Assembly: GCA_030264375.1 (NCBI GenBank)
Contig: JASCQW010000032.1
Location: 60,526,314-60,587,648, forward strand
Direction: 5' to 3'
From: Carcharhinus longimanus
Taxonomy: Eukaryota
Length of the DNA: 61,335 nt
A program made the position numbers and the translations under genes. Shown here piece after piece: positions 24,464 through 35,994 of the stretch (the stretch's first letter is position 1; every line of letters begins with the position of its first letter). The notes under the pieces are model-generated. The model was given only the letters and a program-made list of their open reading frames with translations. It searched no databases and was not told the DNA's origin.

Positions 24464-26799
24464 CTACAAGGAACTGAAAGACAATATGCTATATAATTCC
24501 AGTAAGTAATCTATAATAGATTAGATAAACTAGGGATTATTTCAACGAAGTGAAATAGTCCCCTTAACAAATAAATTGAGTTTTAAATTGTAGAATACTC
24601 CAGAAAAATACAACGGGCTTTGACGCAGAGAGATCACTATGTCGCCAACAAGAGGTCAAACCATATGATTTCCATTAAACCAGCAAGCTGCCAGTTTATT
24701 CAAAGTGCTGATCAAGAATTTGTCATTTTGGTGGGAAAGGAGCATTGATGACAGATCTGCCAAGACCATTCATAGACAAGGGCCTCCAGCATGGGTGTTA
24801 CTGGTGAGAGTAACTTGAGGGCATTACTGAAGAAGATGATTAGCAATGAAATGTGAAAATGAGCAATTTTGCTCATTTGTTTTCCCTTAGAAAATTGAGA
24901 TTGATAGTAAATCTGAAATTTTACATTTGAAAATGTTCCCCAATGTTTTCAGGAGGTTTAGTTCTCATTGGCATTCAAATACAGGCATTAAATGGTGGCA
25001 ATATAACAAGACATTGAAATGAATCATAATTTTTAAACTATGAAATATTTAGACCATTTCAAAATATGACCTCGATATTTTTTGCAAAAAAACTTTGCAA
25101 GTAAACTACTAGTGTATTTTCCACAATCTTAACTTGCACACGTCAATCTGAGATTAACATCACAGTAAGCGTCCACTTCCATTTGTGCTGTAATTAAGAC
25201 ACAAGCTTACATGGCAGGTGAAAGCATTAATAGTACTTTTAAACTGTTAAATTTATTTTTTTCAATGTTAGCTTCTAAAATTATATTCATTCTTTCTGTA
25301 ATTGTATTGCTGTTTAGCATGGAATATTATTCACTGGATGTCTCTCAGACGCTTTGACTAAATGTAGTCCAGCTGTCAGTAATAACCAATTCCAAATATT
25401 AATTCTAGTCTAACTTAAATAGTATTTTTATATTTAAATATTTAATATTTTGCATTAGTTAAGTGTTCTACTGCGTGAAAATGCTACTATTGGAGTAGTA
25501 GGCAATTGACAGCTTTAGATGCTTGATGATACTGGCCCAGGTTTTACAGTAATAATGATGGAAAACCATCAATCTTTACGCAAAACTTACAAACCTCAGT
25601 AAAGGCAGAAATCCAGAAGCGGTTGTCCATGATTCAACACATTCTCATAGGATCATACTGCCACCACAAAGCCAATCCCCTGAAGTATTATAATGATGTT
25701 CATAGTTTTCTAAGGTATCAAACACATCACTTCTATATTACATGAGTATTATAAGAGTATTATATTACCAGAATGCAATCCGGTGGAAATCCCTTAAGAG
25801 GACTTGCCCTTTTATTAACCCTTCTGTAAAAACCCTTGAAAAAGTTGAATGAGGAATAACCGAGTTTTTTTTAAAGCCATACCAAGTTTATAATTAATGC
25901 TGAACAGTCTCAACAGAAAACTAGTTTATTAGTAAATCGTTTTAAATTTTGATACTTCAACATCTACTGTACATTCCAATCATTTATTTCAGTCTTTGTA
26001 AAATTTCAATTTGAAGTGAACAAGAGCACATTTTACTTCCTGGTTTGCTGTTGAATATTTCAATGTGATTTGGTCGCTTCTCCTGCTGATGTCATAGTTG
26101 CTGCTGGATGCCAGGAAATCCCCTTGTCTTGACACCAAATTCAAAGTGAAGTCAGGAAAGAGGAAAATCCATGCCAGAGGTGGTCAGATTGTTGTAGCAG
26201 CTTTTTTCAAATGAACAGTGGCTAGTGAATAGTGAACAGTAGCACTATTCCCCCTGCTCTTCTTTCTGGTCTCATGCTGTCTCCTCGGACTCTGGTTCCC
26301 CCAGTGCTTTTTCTGTGTTCTACTGTCCCTAGACTCCTGCAGTCTCCATATTCCTGCTCTCACCATGCCCTTGGCATAGATGGATAGATTTTGCAGTGAG
26401 AAGCAGACACACCAATCTCATTGTTATCAATAATTGCTATTGTCTGAAAAGCATTAAAATACTCTTTACACACATCACTTCCATATAACATGAGTATTAT
26501 CAGTATATTTTAGAGAAAAGATCCATGGTTACTAAACTATTTGAATAGATGTCCTTCAGCCAAAGATGCTCAAGAGCCCTGATCATAAAACACTGTATTT
26601 AACTGAATTATGATCTGCAATTTCAGGAGGTGATTACATATCTTTAATAACCAAGTTATAACAGGCATCTTACATTGGTGTTTACATGCTTCAACTAAGC
26701 TCCACAGTTTAATTCGACAAATAAGCCAGACATTCTGCCATCAAGCAATACTAAACCACCTTGGGAAAGCTATGCTCACAGCTCCTTTGCTTTGTATCA

Positions 26800-27844
26800 G
26801 AGAGTTATAAAGAGGCCCTTCAGTCCATGTCTGCACCAGCCATCAAATTCCTTTTATAATCCCATTTTCCAGCACTTGGTCCATAACCTTATATGATGTG
26901 GTGTTTCAATTGCTCATCTAAATACTACTTAAATGTTGTGTGAGGGTTCCCACCTCTATCACCCTTTCAGACAGAGTTCCAAATATCCACCACCCTCTGA
27001 GTGAAAACATTCCTCCTCAAAATCTCTTGCTTCTTCACTTAAATCTATGCCCCTTCTTATTGACCCTCCTAAGGGGAAAAGTTTTTTCCCATCTACCCTG
27101 TCTGTATCCCTCATTTTTTTTGCACACTTCAATGAGGTCTCCTCAGTTTTCTCTGCTCCAAGGAAAGCCACCCCAGCCTATTCAGCCTCTCTTCATACCT
27201 GAAACGCACGATCCCAGGCAACATCCTGCTGAATTCGACATCCTTTCTAGTACAATCACATCCTTCTTATAGTGTGGTGACCAGAACTGCACACAGTACT
27301 CTAGCAGTAGCCTAACAAACATTTTAAAGAGCTCAATCATAAACTCCCAGCTCTTATATTTCACACAATGCCTTCTTAACCACCTTATCTATCTGTTCTG
27401 CTGTCTTTATGAATACCTGTGACAGGCACCCTAAGGTCCCTCTGGAACTCCCAGCACCCCACCATTCGTTTGTGTATTCCCTTGCTTTATTGGTCCTCCC
27501 AAATTCGATCACTTCTCATTTTTTGGGTTAAATTCTATTTGCCACTGTTCTGTCCATTAACAGGCCCATCTATTTCATCCTGTAACCTAAGGCTTTCCTC
27601 CTTGCTATCTGTCGCACCATCAATTTTTGTGTCATCTGCAAACTTACTGATTACACACTCCACATTCACATCCAGATCAGTAATGTATACTACAAACAGC
27701 AAAGGATCCAGCACCTATCCCTGCAGTACATCACTGGACACATGCTTCCAGTCACAAAACAACCTTTGACCAACACTCCATGCTTCCTGCCAGTAAGCCA
27801 ATTTTGGATCCAATTTACCAAATTGCCCTGGCACCCATAAGCTC
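26800..27844 (-). mobile_element. CR1-type LINE fragment running into a gap
   Basis: 'FVRLLLEYCVQFWSPHYKKDV', 'NWIQNWLTGRK', FADD remnant. Confidence 0.88.
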
Positions 27845-29843
27845 NNNNNNNNNNNNNNNNNNNNNNNNNNNNNNNNNNNNNNNNNNNNNNNNNNNNNNNN
27901 NNNNNNNNNNNNNNNNNNNNNNNNNNNNNNNNNNNNNNNNNNNNNNNNNNNNNNNNNNNNNNNNNNNNNNNNNNNNNNNNNNNNNNNNNNNNNNNNNNNN
28001 NNNNNNNNNNNNNNNNNNNNNNNNNNNNNNNNNNNNNNNNNNNNNNNNNNNNNNNNNNNNNNNNNNNNNNNNNNNNNNNNNNNNNNNNNNNNNNNNNNNN
28101 NNNNNNNNNNNNNNNNNNNNNNNNNNNNNNNNNNNNNNNNNNNNNNNNNNNNNNNNNNNNNNNNNNNNNNNNNNNNNNNNNNNNNNNNNNNNNNNNNNNN
28201 NNNNNNNNNNNNNNNNNNNNNNNNNNNNNNNNNNNNNNNNNNNNNNNNNNNNNNNNNNNNNNNNNNNNNNNNNNNNNNNNNNNNNNNNNNNNNNNNNNNN
28301 NNNNNNNNNNNNNNNNNNNNNNNNNNNNNNNNNNNNNNNNNNNNNNNNNNNNNNNNNNNNNNNNNNNNNNNNNNNNNNNNNNNNNNNNNNNNNNNNNNNN
28401 NNNNNNNNNNNNNNNNNNNNNNNNNNNNNNNNNNNNNNNNNNNNNNNNNNNNNNNNNNNNNNNNNNNNNNNNNNNNNNNNNNNNNNNNNNNNNNNNNNNN
28501 NNNNNNNNNNNNNNNNNNNNNNNNNNNNNNNNNNNNNNNNNNNNNNNNNNNNNNNNNNNNNNNNNNNNNNNNNNNNNNNNNNNNNNNNNNNNNNNNNNNN
28601 NNNNNNNNNNNNNNNNNNNNNNNNNNNNNNNNNNNNNNNNNNNNNNNNNNNNNNNNNNNNNNNNNNNNNNNNNNNNNNNNNNNNNNNNNNNNNNNNNNNN
28701 NNNNNNNNNNNNNNNNNNNNNNNNNNNNNNNNNNNNNNNNNNNNNNNNNNNNNNNNNNNNNNNNNNNNNNNNNNNNNNNNNNNNNNNNNNNNNNNNNNNN
28801 NNNNNNNNNNNNNNNNNNNNNNNNNNNNNNNNGGTTAGTTTATACTGCTTCAAATTTAACTACATTCTGGACAATTCAAGCACTAAATTAGGCTAGTCAA
28901 CCTGTTACATCACATTAATTTATATCACAACACAAACTAATTGTCTCATCAACATATAAAATTTAAAAAACTGTGCCTAATTATTTCCAAACTTACACAT
29001 ACTCTCAATAGCATCCAAAAACAACTCACACAAAATGAATTATTTCTACAGTCATTATCAGGGAGGTTAAGCGTATTTATTAACCATTTTGCATTCAGCA
29101 AATTACCAAAATTAATGGGAGAAGTGAACAGTTATACACCTTTTTTTGGCGTTGGCTGAGAGTAGAACACTGGCCAAGTCCAGGTCCCAAAGAAAATGCT
29201 TTATTCTTCTTCAAATATTATCAGCTAACACATCCACCAGAACAGACAGATTTGGTTTGAGACGGGATACAAACCCATTCGACAATGCAACAATCCTTCA
29301 GTACTGAGCTGGAGTTTAAGGTTAAATTAGATTATGAATAAGGTTTGGTCCACCATCACTTTGGAGGTTTACTGCTTGATCATTCTGGGAGGCCCCATCA
29401 GCAAACCTCCCCATAAGTCAACAATTGCGTTGCAATCTTAACTCTGATGACTTTTGTTTTTGTGGAAGTGTCAACACAGCCAGGATATCAGTATTACAGA
29501 CTGGGGCATACAGACAAAGCTTGACCTATGTCAGTATGAAGGAGGGGGATTTTCACAGTAACTTCACTGCAGTGTTAACGTAAGTCTGCTTATGAGATTA
29601 ACAAATAAGTTTTAAACTTTACTTCGATCTGGACTGAGATGCTGTAGAGTATTTAGTAGTACTGGACTGAAATAGTCTTAAAGGCAGGTTTTCTGCCTGA
29701 ATAAGTGGGACTATTTAGTAAAGACACACAAGGGTCATTTGAGAGCACTGACTCAAGTCCTGATTGAAGCACCTTACAGTTTTAATTGGTATAAGTAATG
29801 AACTAGGCAATAAAAGGAGTTTCCTTCACTAAAAAAGACTTAC

Positions 29844-30170
29844 AAGCGAACCCGGAGCCCCCAGTCCTCACAGTAGCTGAAGCATCTAGGCCGCAAGCAG
29901 CCTGCTCCTTTCCAAACAAGCTCGCCCACCGCCTGCTCCTTGAAGCCCGGCCAGGCCAGCCGCCTCGGCCCGCTCTCCGCTCCGGCGGTCCTGCCGCTGG
30001 GGAACTCCGAGTCGGGTATGAACCAAGTGGACTGGAGGCCACTCAGCTTCTCCTCCCCCAACAGCAGCAGCGCCGCCGCCGCCGTCTCTCCGCTCGGCCC
30101 AAGCGCATCTCGCAGCGACAGCAAAATAAAACAAACGCTGCAGCCTTCCGCTCTCTCGCTCAGCGTGACG
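29844..30170 (-). other. INSIG2: Putative non-coding exon 1 of INSIG2 (start approximate)
   Basis: Lies in the CpG island and ends at consensus donor TT|GTAAGT (29843-29838). Confidence 0.6.
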
Positions 30171-30305
30171 CGGCCCGCCTGCGTGCGCGCTCCTGCCTTA
30201 CCCGCGGGCTGGACTGAGCACGTGCACGCCCTCACCGTGCGCCCCGGACGTGCGCGCGTCCGAGCTGCGCGCGCGTGCTGGCGGGGGAATGTGCGCGTGC
30301 GAATG
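29845..30305. promoter_or_regulatory. CpG island / INSIG2 promoter with E-box CACGTG (30219-30224), RCGTG motifs and GCGC runs
   Basis: The only strongly GC- and CpG-rich stretch in an otherwise CpG-depleted window, 5.4 kb upstream of the ATG exon. Confidence 0.85.
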
Positions 30306-30404
30306 TTGCCCTATTGAGCAGAAACATTGAAATAGTTGCCTGTGTTACGTAAAAATAACCTATAGAAATAGTTACCTACATTTCTGTTACCATAAAAATA
30401 GTTG

Positions 30405-30728
30405 CTAATAGTTATCTCTTTAACCTGTGGTTATCTCTCTCTCCACTCGCATTGTCTGTGCCTGTAAACACAGTAAGAAGTCTCACAAAGTGGAGCCCTA
30501 CCTGTAAAGACATGGTAACCTGTAGACTCATATTCTACCCATTATCTGGCAATAACACAGTAATCTCTGTCTATATATGCCTTGTTTGCGAACCCGAGTC
30601 TCCACTCACCTCATGAAGGAGCAGCGCTCCGAAACTTCATGATTCCAAATAAACCTGTTGGACTTTAACCTGGTGTCGTGAAGCTTCTTACTGTGCCCAA
30701 CCCAGTCCAATGCCGGCATTGCCATATC
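30405..30728 (+). mobile_element. Penelope-like terminal repeat with a minimal hammerhead relic
   Basis: ctcac-CTCATGA-a-ggagc/gctcc-GAAA followed by 'ccaaataaacctgttggactttaacctggtg'. Related copies at 32205-32311 and ~35005-35120. Confidence 0.7.
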
Positions 30729-31590
30729 ATAGAAAATAGAAGTAGAAGTAAGCCAATCAGCCCTTTGCGCTTGCTCCACCATTTCATTATGATTGTGGCT
30801 GATCATCAAATTTGATATTCTGATCACCCCACCCCCCCATGGCACAGTGAGTGCCTCACAGTGCCAGGGACCCGGTTCAATTCCCTGCTTGGGTCACTTT
30901 CTGTGTGGAGTCTGCATGTTCTCCTTGTGTCTGCATAGGTTTCCTCTGGGTGCTCCAGTTCCCTCCCACGTCTGAAAGACGTGCTGGTTAGGTGCATTGG
31001 CCATGATAAATTCTCCCTCAGTGTACCCGAAGAGGCGCCGTGTGTGGCGCCAAGGGGATTTTCACAGTAACTTTGTTGCACTGTTAATGGAAGCCTACTT
31101 CTGACACTAATTTAAAAAACTTTAAGCTTCAAACATATCCGTTGATCCCTTTAGCCCCAAGAGCTTTATCTAATTTCTACTTGAAACCACACAACGTTTT
31201 GGCTTCATTTACTTTCCGCGGTAGTGAATTCCATGCATTCACCACTCTCTGGGTGAAGAAATTTCTCCTCATTTCAGTTCTAAAAGGTTTACCCTTATCC
31301 TCAAATTTTGACCCCTAGTTCTGGACTCCCCCACCATTGATAACATTCTTTCTGAATCTACCCTATCTAACTCTGTTCGAATTTTATAAGTTTCTATGAG
31401 ATCCCCTCTCACTCTTCGACGCAACAATGAATATAATTCTAACTGATCTCTCTTCATATGACAGGCCTGCCATCCCAGGAATCAGCCTGGTAAACCTTCA
31501 CTGTATTCCTTCAATAGCAAGGATATCCTTCCTCAGATAAGGACACCAAAACTGCACATAATACTCCAGGTGTGGCCTCACCAACACCCT
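30729..31590 (-). mobile_element. CR1-type LINE 3' part, interrupted by a SINE
   Basis: 'RRVRGDLIETYKI...DRVDSERM'. Confidence 0.85.
30840..31125 (+). mobile_element. HE1-like SINE, second tail type
   Basis: Core plus 'ggggattttcacagtaactt...gacactaat'. Confidence 0.85.
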
Positions 31591-31741
31591 AAATGTTTAT
31601 AGCAGAGGAGGAGGCTATTTAGCCTGCATGTCTGGACCTCTGGAGGAGTAATTCATTTAGTGACACTCCTCTCTGCCTTTTCCCTGTAGCCATATTCCTT
31701 TTCAGATAATGATTCAATTCTCTTTTGAAAGTCTCAATTAA

Positions 31742-32052
31742 TTTGATTTGATTTATTTTTGTCACATGTATTGGGATACAGTGAAAAGTATTGTTTCTTG
31801 CATGCTATTCAGACAAAACACTGCTCGTAGAGTACATAGGGGAGAAGTAAAGGAGAGGATACAGAATATAGTTTTGCAGTTACAGATAGGTGAAGGGAAA
31901 GGACGTTTGATATGTGATAGGACTATTCAAAAGCCTGATGGCAGCAACTGTTCTTGGGTCGGTTGGTACGTGTTTTCAGATTTTTGTATCTTTTTCCTGA
32001 CAAAAGAAGTTGGAAGAGAGTATGTGCGGGGTACGTGGGGTCCCTGATTATG
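31742..32052 (-). mobile_element. LINE 3' end (Rex1/Babar-like; uncertain)
   Basis: (ttgat)n tail and sequence shared with 8978-9185. Confidence 0.6.
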
Positions 32053-32204
32053 CTAACCCAACTTCTGCACTCAGGCATTACATTCCAGATCCTACCCGTC
32101 TATGTCGCCATTGTTTCTTTTGCTAATTAATTACCTTAAATCTGAGCCCTCTAGATCTCAATCCTTATACCAATGGGGACAGTTTCTCCCTGTCTGCCCT
32201 GACC

Positions 32205-32311
32205 AAGATGTGGATAAGCCAGCGTTGGACTGGGGTAAACACAGTAAAAAGTCTGACAACACCAGGTTTCAGTCCAACCAATTTATTTGATAGTAAACTC
32301 ACTAGCTTTCG
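32205..32311 (-). mobile_element. Penelope-like terminal repeat truncated by a gap
   Basis: Minus strand reads cGAAAgctagtgag...aaataaattggttggactgaaacctggtgttgtc. Confidence 0.7.
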
Positions 32312-32611
32312 NNNNNNNNNNNNNNNNNNNNNNNNNNNNNNNNNNNNNNNNNNNNNNNNNNNNNNNNNNNNNNNNNNNNNNNNNNNNNNNNNNNNNNNNN
32401 NNNNNNNNNNNCCATCATGATTTTGAATACCTCTATCAAATCCCCTCTCAACTTCCTCTTTTCCAGAGAAAACAGTCTCAACTTGTTCAATCTTTCTATG
32501 TAATTCAAACTTTTCATCACTGTAAGTATTCTCATGAATCTTTTCTACACCACTTCTATTGTTCATATCCTTCTTAAAGTGTACTGTTCAGAACTGAACA
32601 CAATACTCTAG

Positions 32612-32978
32612 TTTTTTTTATTCATTTATGGGACATGGACATCGCTGGCTGGTCAACATTCATTGCCCATCCCTAGTTGCCCTTAGAGGGCAGTTGGGAG
32701 TCAACCACATTGCTATGGCCCTGGGGTCACATGTAGGCCAGACCAGGTAAGGACAGCAGATTTCCTTCCCTAAAAAACATTAGTGAACCAGATGGATTTT
32801 TCCGACAATCGACAATGGTTTCATGATTATCAATAGATTCTTAATTCCAGGTTTCTTTTTTTTATTGAATTCAAATTCCACCATCTGCCATGTTGGGATT
32901 TGAGCCTGGGATCCCCAGAATATTAGCTGAGTTTCTGGGTTAATAGTCTAGTGATAATACCATTAAGCCATTGCTTCC
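32612..32978 (-). mobile_element. tRNA-headed SINE of a second family, sharing its 3' tail with the 1125/18590 LINE
   Basis: Minus-strand B-box-like 'ggctcaaatcccaacatggcag', core 'tttagggaaggaaatctg', poly(A). Second copy at 56435-56760. Confidence 0.75.
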
Positions 32979-34774
32979 TCCTTTTTGGGACTGAACCAGT
33001 GTTTTATACAGGTTTAACATAACTTCCTTGTCTGTGTGCTCTGTGCTACTATTGATTAAGCCCAGAATTCTGTAAGCTTTGTTGATTGCTCTCACAAATG
33101 GTTCTGCCACCTTCAATGATTTAGGAACATATACGCCCAAGCTGTGCATGTCTTTTAGAATTAAACCTTTTATTGTATATTGCTTGTCTGCATTCTTCCT
33201 ACTAAAATGAATCATTTCACATTTCTCTGCATTAAATTTCATCTGCCAACTGCCCATACATTCCACTAACATGTCTGTGACCTTTTGAAGTACTATTCTA
33301 TCCTTTTCATGGTTCACAATACTTCCAAGTTTCTTCAAATTTTGAAAATGTGCCCTTTATACCAAATAATCATTAATATACAAATGGCAGTGCGGGTGTC
33401 CAAATATTGTACACTGTGAAATTCTATGATAAATCATAGACACCTATTTCTTGTCATTTAGCCAATTCCATATCCACTTTGCTACTGGTTCGAACTTTGC
33501 TCACAGGTCTGATGCACAGTATCCTACCAAATGCCTTTTGGAAGTCCATGTACACCAGCTTAACAGTATTACTTTCATCAAGCTTCTTTGTTACCACATC
33601 AAAAAACTCAAGCAAGTTATTCAAACACTATTTGAGTTTAAGAAATCCATGCTGGCTAAAAACATTTGCCTACAACCATTAATTTTGTCCTAAATTATCA
33701 TTTCTAGAATCTTCCCCACCACCAAAATTAAACTGATTTGTGTGTAGTTACTGGGTTTATCTTTACACATTCTTGAGCAGGGGTGTAACATTTACAATTC
33801 TACAATCTTCTGGCACCTTTCAAGTCTAAGGATGATGGAACAATTATGGCTGGCGCGTCTGCAATTTCCACTTTCACTTCCTTCGGTGTCCTGGAATGCA
33901 TCTCATTCTGCCCTGGTGCCTTAAATACAGGCAGCCTATCCAATATCTTCTCCTTATCAATTTTAAACTCTTTAAATGTCTGAACTACTTCTTCTTTCAC
34001 TATGATCTGGGCAATGTCTTCTTCCTTGATAAAGACAAGTACAGAGTATCAAGTTAATACCTGAGCAACCCTCTGACTCTAGGCATAAATCCCCTTTTTG
34101 ATCCTGAATTGCCCCACCTCTCCTCTTAGAACACTTTTATTGTGTATATGTCTGTGGAAGGGCTTCTGCTTTGCCTTTTATGTTAGTTGCTATTCTCTTC
34201 TTATACTCTGTCTTTGCTTCTTGTTTTCTTTTTCAATTATCCTCTTGTACTTGGCATGGTTCTCAATTGTATTATCAACTTGACATCTGTCTTAAGCACA
34301 GGTGCATCTTAATTTCTTTCAACATCCCACAAAGCTGTGGATTTGTTTGCTCAATCTAAGTCTAACTGTGCCTCCTTTCTCATCAGACTGGAAACATACT
34401 GCTGTAAAAAAGTTCTCTTATACACATTTTAGGAAATCCTTTCCCTCTCTGACCCTACACTGCTGCTATCCCAGTCTATATTCAAGTAATTAAAGTCCTC
34501 CATTTTAACTACTTGATGATTCTTGCATGTCTCTGTAAATTCCTTGCAAACTTGTTCTTCCACATCTTTCCTACTGTTGGTAGCGTATGGAATACATCAT
34601 ATAATGTAATTGCATCTTTTTGTTCCTTAACTCTAGGCAAACTGATTCTCTCCTTGACCCCAGGGGCATCCTTTTTCTCCAGAACTGCCAATGAGCTAAT
34701 GGCAGCTTTCTGCCTGGTAAGATAATGGTTTGGTCAACTCTATGTTAAGCATTTTTTATTGTGGCTCAGGAGTC

Positions 34775-35945
34775 CCATTCCTGCTTGGGAGTCTCTGCTG
34801 CATTTTCTGCAGAGCAAGACACTCCTGAGAAGATGCATGATTTGCTGCCTCTATTTTATTTGGGCCCTTTTCTTGGTCAGCTGAGCTTTTTGTTTCTTTT
34901 CATTTCCTCCAAAACTCTTCCAGATGTTCAGCTTCCAGATGCCAAGGCCATCGACAACTGTCTTCCAGTTGTTAGTGACAATATCCGTCATCTTCATAAC
35001 TCACTTACAGATAGAAGTTTCAACACCAGATTAAAGTCCAACAGGTTTATTTGGAATCTAGAGCTTTTGGAGGGTTCCTCCTTCATCAGGTGAGCAAACT
35101 GAGCCAGCATCTCCATATCATCACTTACAAATGTCCTTGTAGCAGAATAATGAATGCACAAGAGTTCATGACCCAGTGGCCAGCTCGCCATACAGGGGGT
35201 GCTTGGTACATGGCAATTATCCATCCAATGAACGTGGCTGAGTCAGTGCAGATGTTGCAGGCTTAGCAATTAATGTATACTGATGGAATTAACATCTGCA
35301 TCTTTGAATTGGGGAGATTGCCCTCTGCCAAGAGATATCAAGGATACGTCTGAGACAGAAAAGGTGACAACTGTTCAGTCTTTTTTTCTCTGTTGAGCAT
35401 ATGCAGTCCAGATCTTACTCCAACAGTTGGGATGTAGGCTAGGCAGACTTGCAGTTTGGTCCTCTCAGTCAGTTTGCTATTGTTCCACACACACTTACTC
35501 ACTTGAAGATAACAGCTAAAGCTTTTGTGATTCATGAGTTGATTTCAGCATCAAGTGACAGATTCTGATAATTATAGAGCCTATAAATAAGTATATTTAT
35601 AGGGTCTATAATCAGCAAAAATCTGTTGCTTGATGTTGAAATCAACACATGAATTACAAAAGCTGCAGCTGTTATATATAGTCAACATCCTCCTCGGTCA
35701 CTTTGTCAATGCTGATTGATGGTAATGTCCTGGACCATGACACTTATCTTCCTAATGCTGATGGTCAACCCTTTACAGGCTTCAGAGAGTCAGTGCATTT
35801 GCCAGTAAAGGTGTTCCTTGATACGAGATGCCAGTGTGTCATAGTTAGTGTAAAGCAGCTCTCTGGTGAGGAGTTGGTGCACTTTTGTCTTGTATCTCAG
35901 GTGAACAAGGCCGAACAGATTTCCATCAGTTCTGGTATGTAATTA
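34775..35945 (-). mobile_element. Decayed RTE-type LINE
   Basis: 'VWNNSKLTERTKLQV' and a plus-strand terminal 'cataccagaactgatggaaatctgttc' remnant typical of RTE RT. Confidence 0.6.
35005..35120 (-). mobile_element. Penelope-like terminal repeat with a hammerhead relic
   Basis: Minus strand reads ctcac-CTGATGA-a-ggagg/cctcc-AAAA-gctc. Confidence 0.7.
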
Positions 35946-35994
35946 GACACTCTCTGTAGATGTTCTGAAAGCAGCAATCAATGCCAGAATACAA

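Larger units (their letters stand above)
31600..34690 (-). mobile_element. Long decayed CR1-type LINE hosting several nested elements
   Basis: 'WQMKFNAEKCEMIHF...KAYRILGLI', 'LEKRKLRGDLIEVFKIM', 'KAPGQNEMHSR'. Confidence 0.8.

Noticed and set aside
27690-28853. Long 350-390 aa ORFs (also 47270-48044)
   Set aside because: Artefacts of translating through N gaps; the flanks are CR1 fragments.
29803-30317. Several overlapping 80-130 aa ORFs in the CpG island
   Set aside because: Expected from stop-codon scarcity in GC-rich DNA; low-complexity peptides and mostly non-ATG starts.
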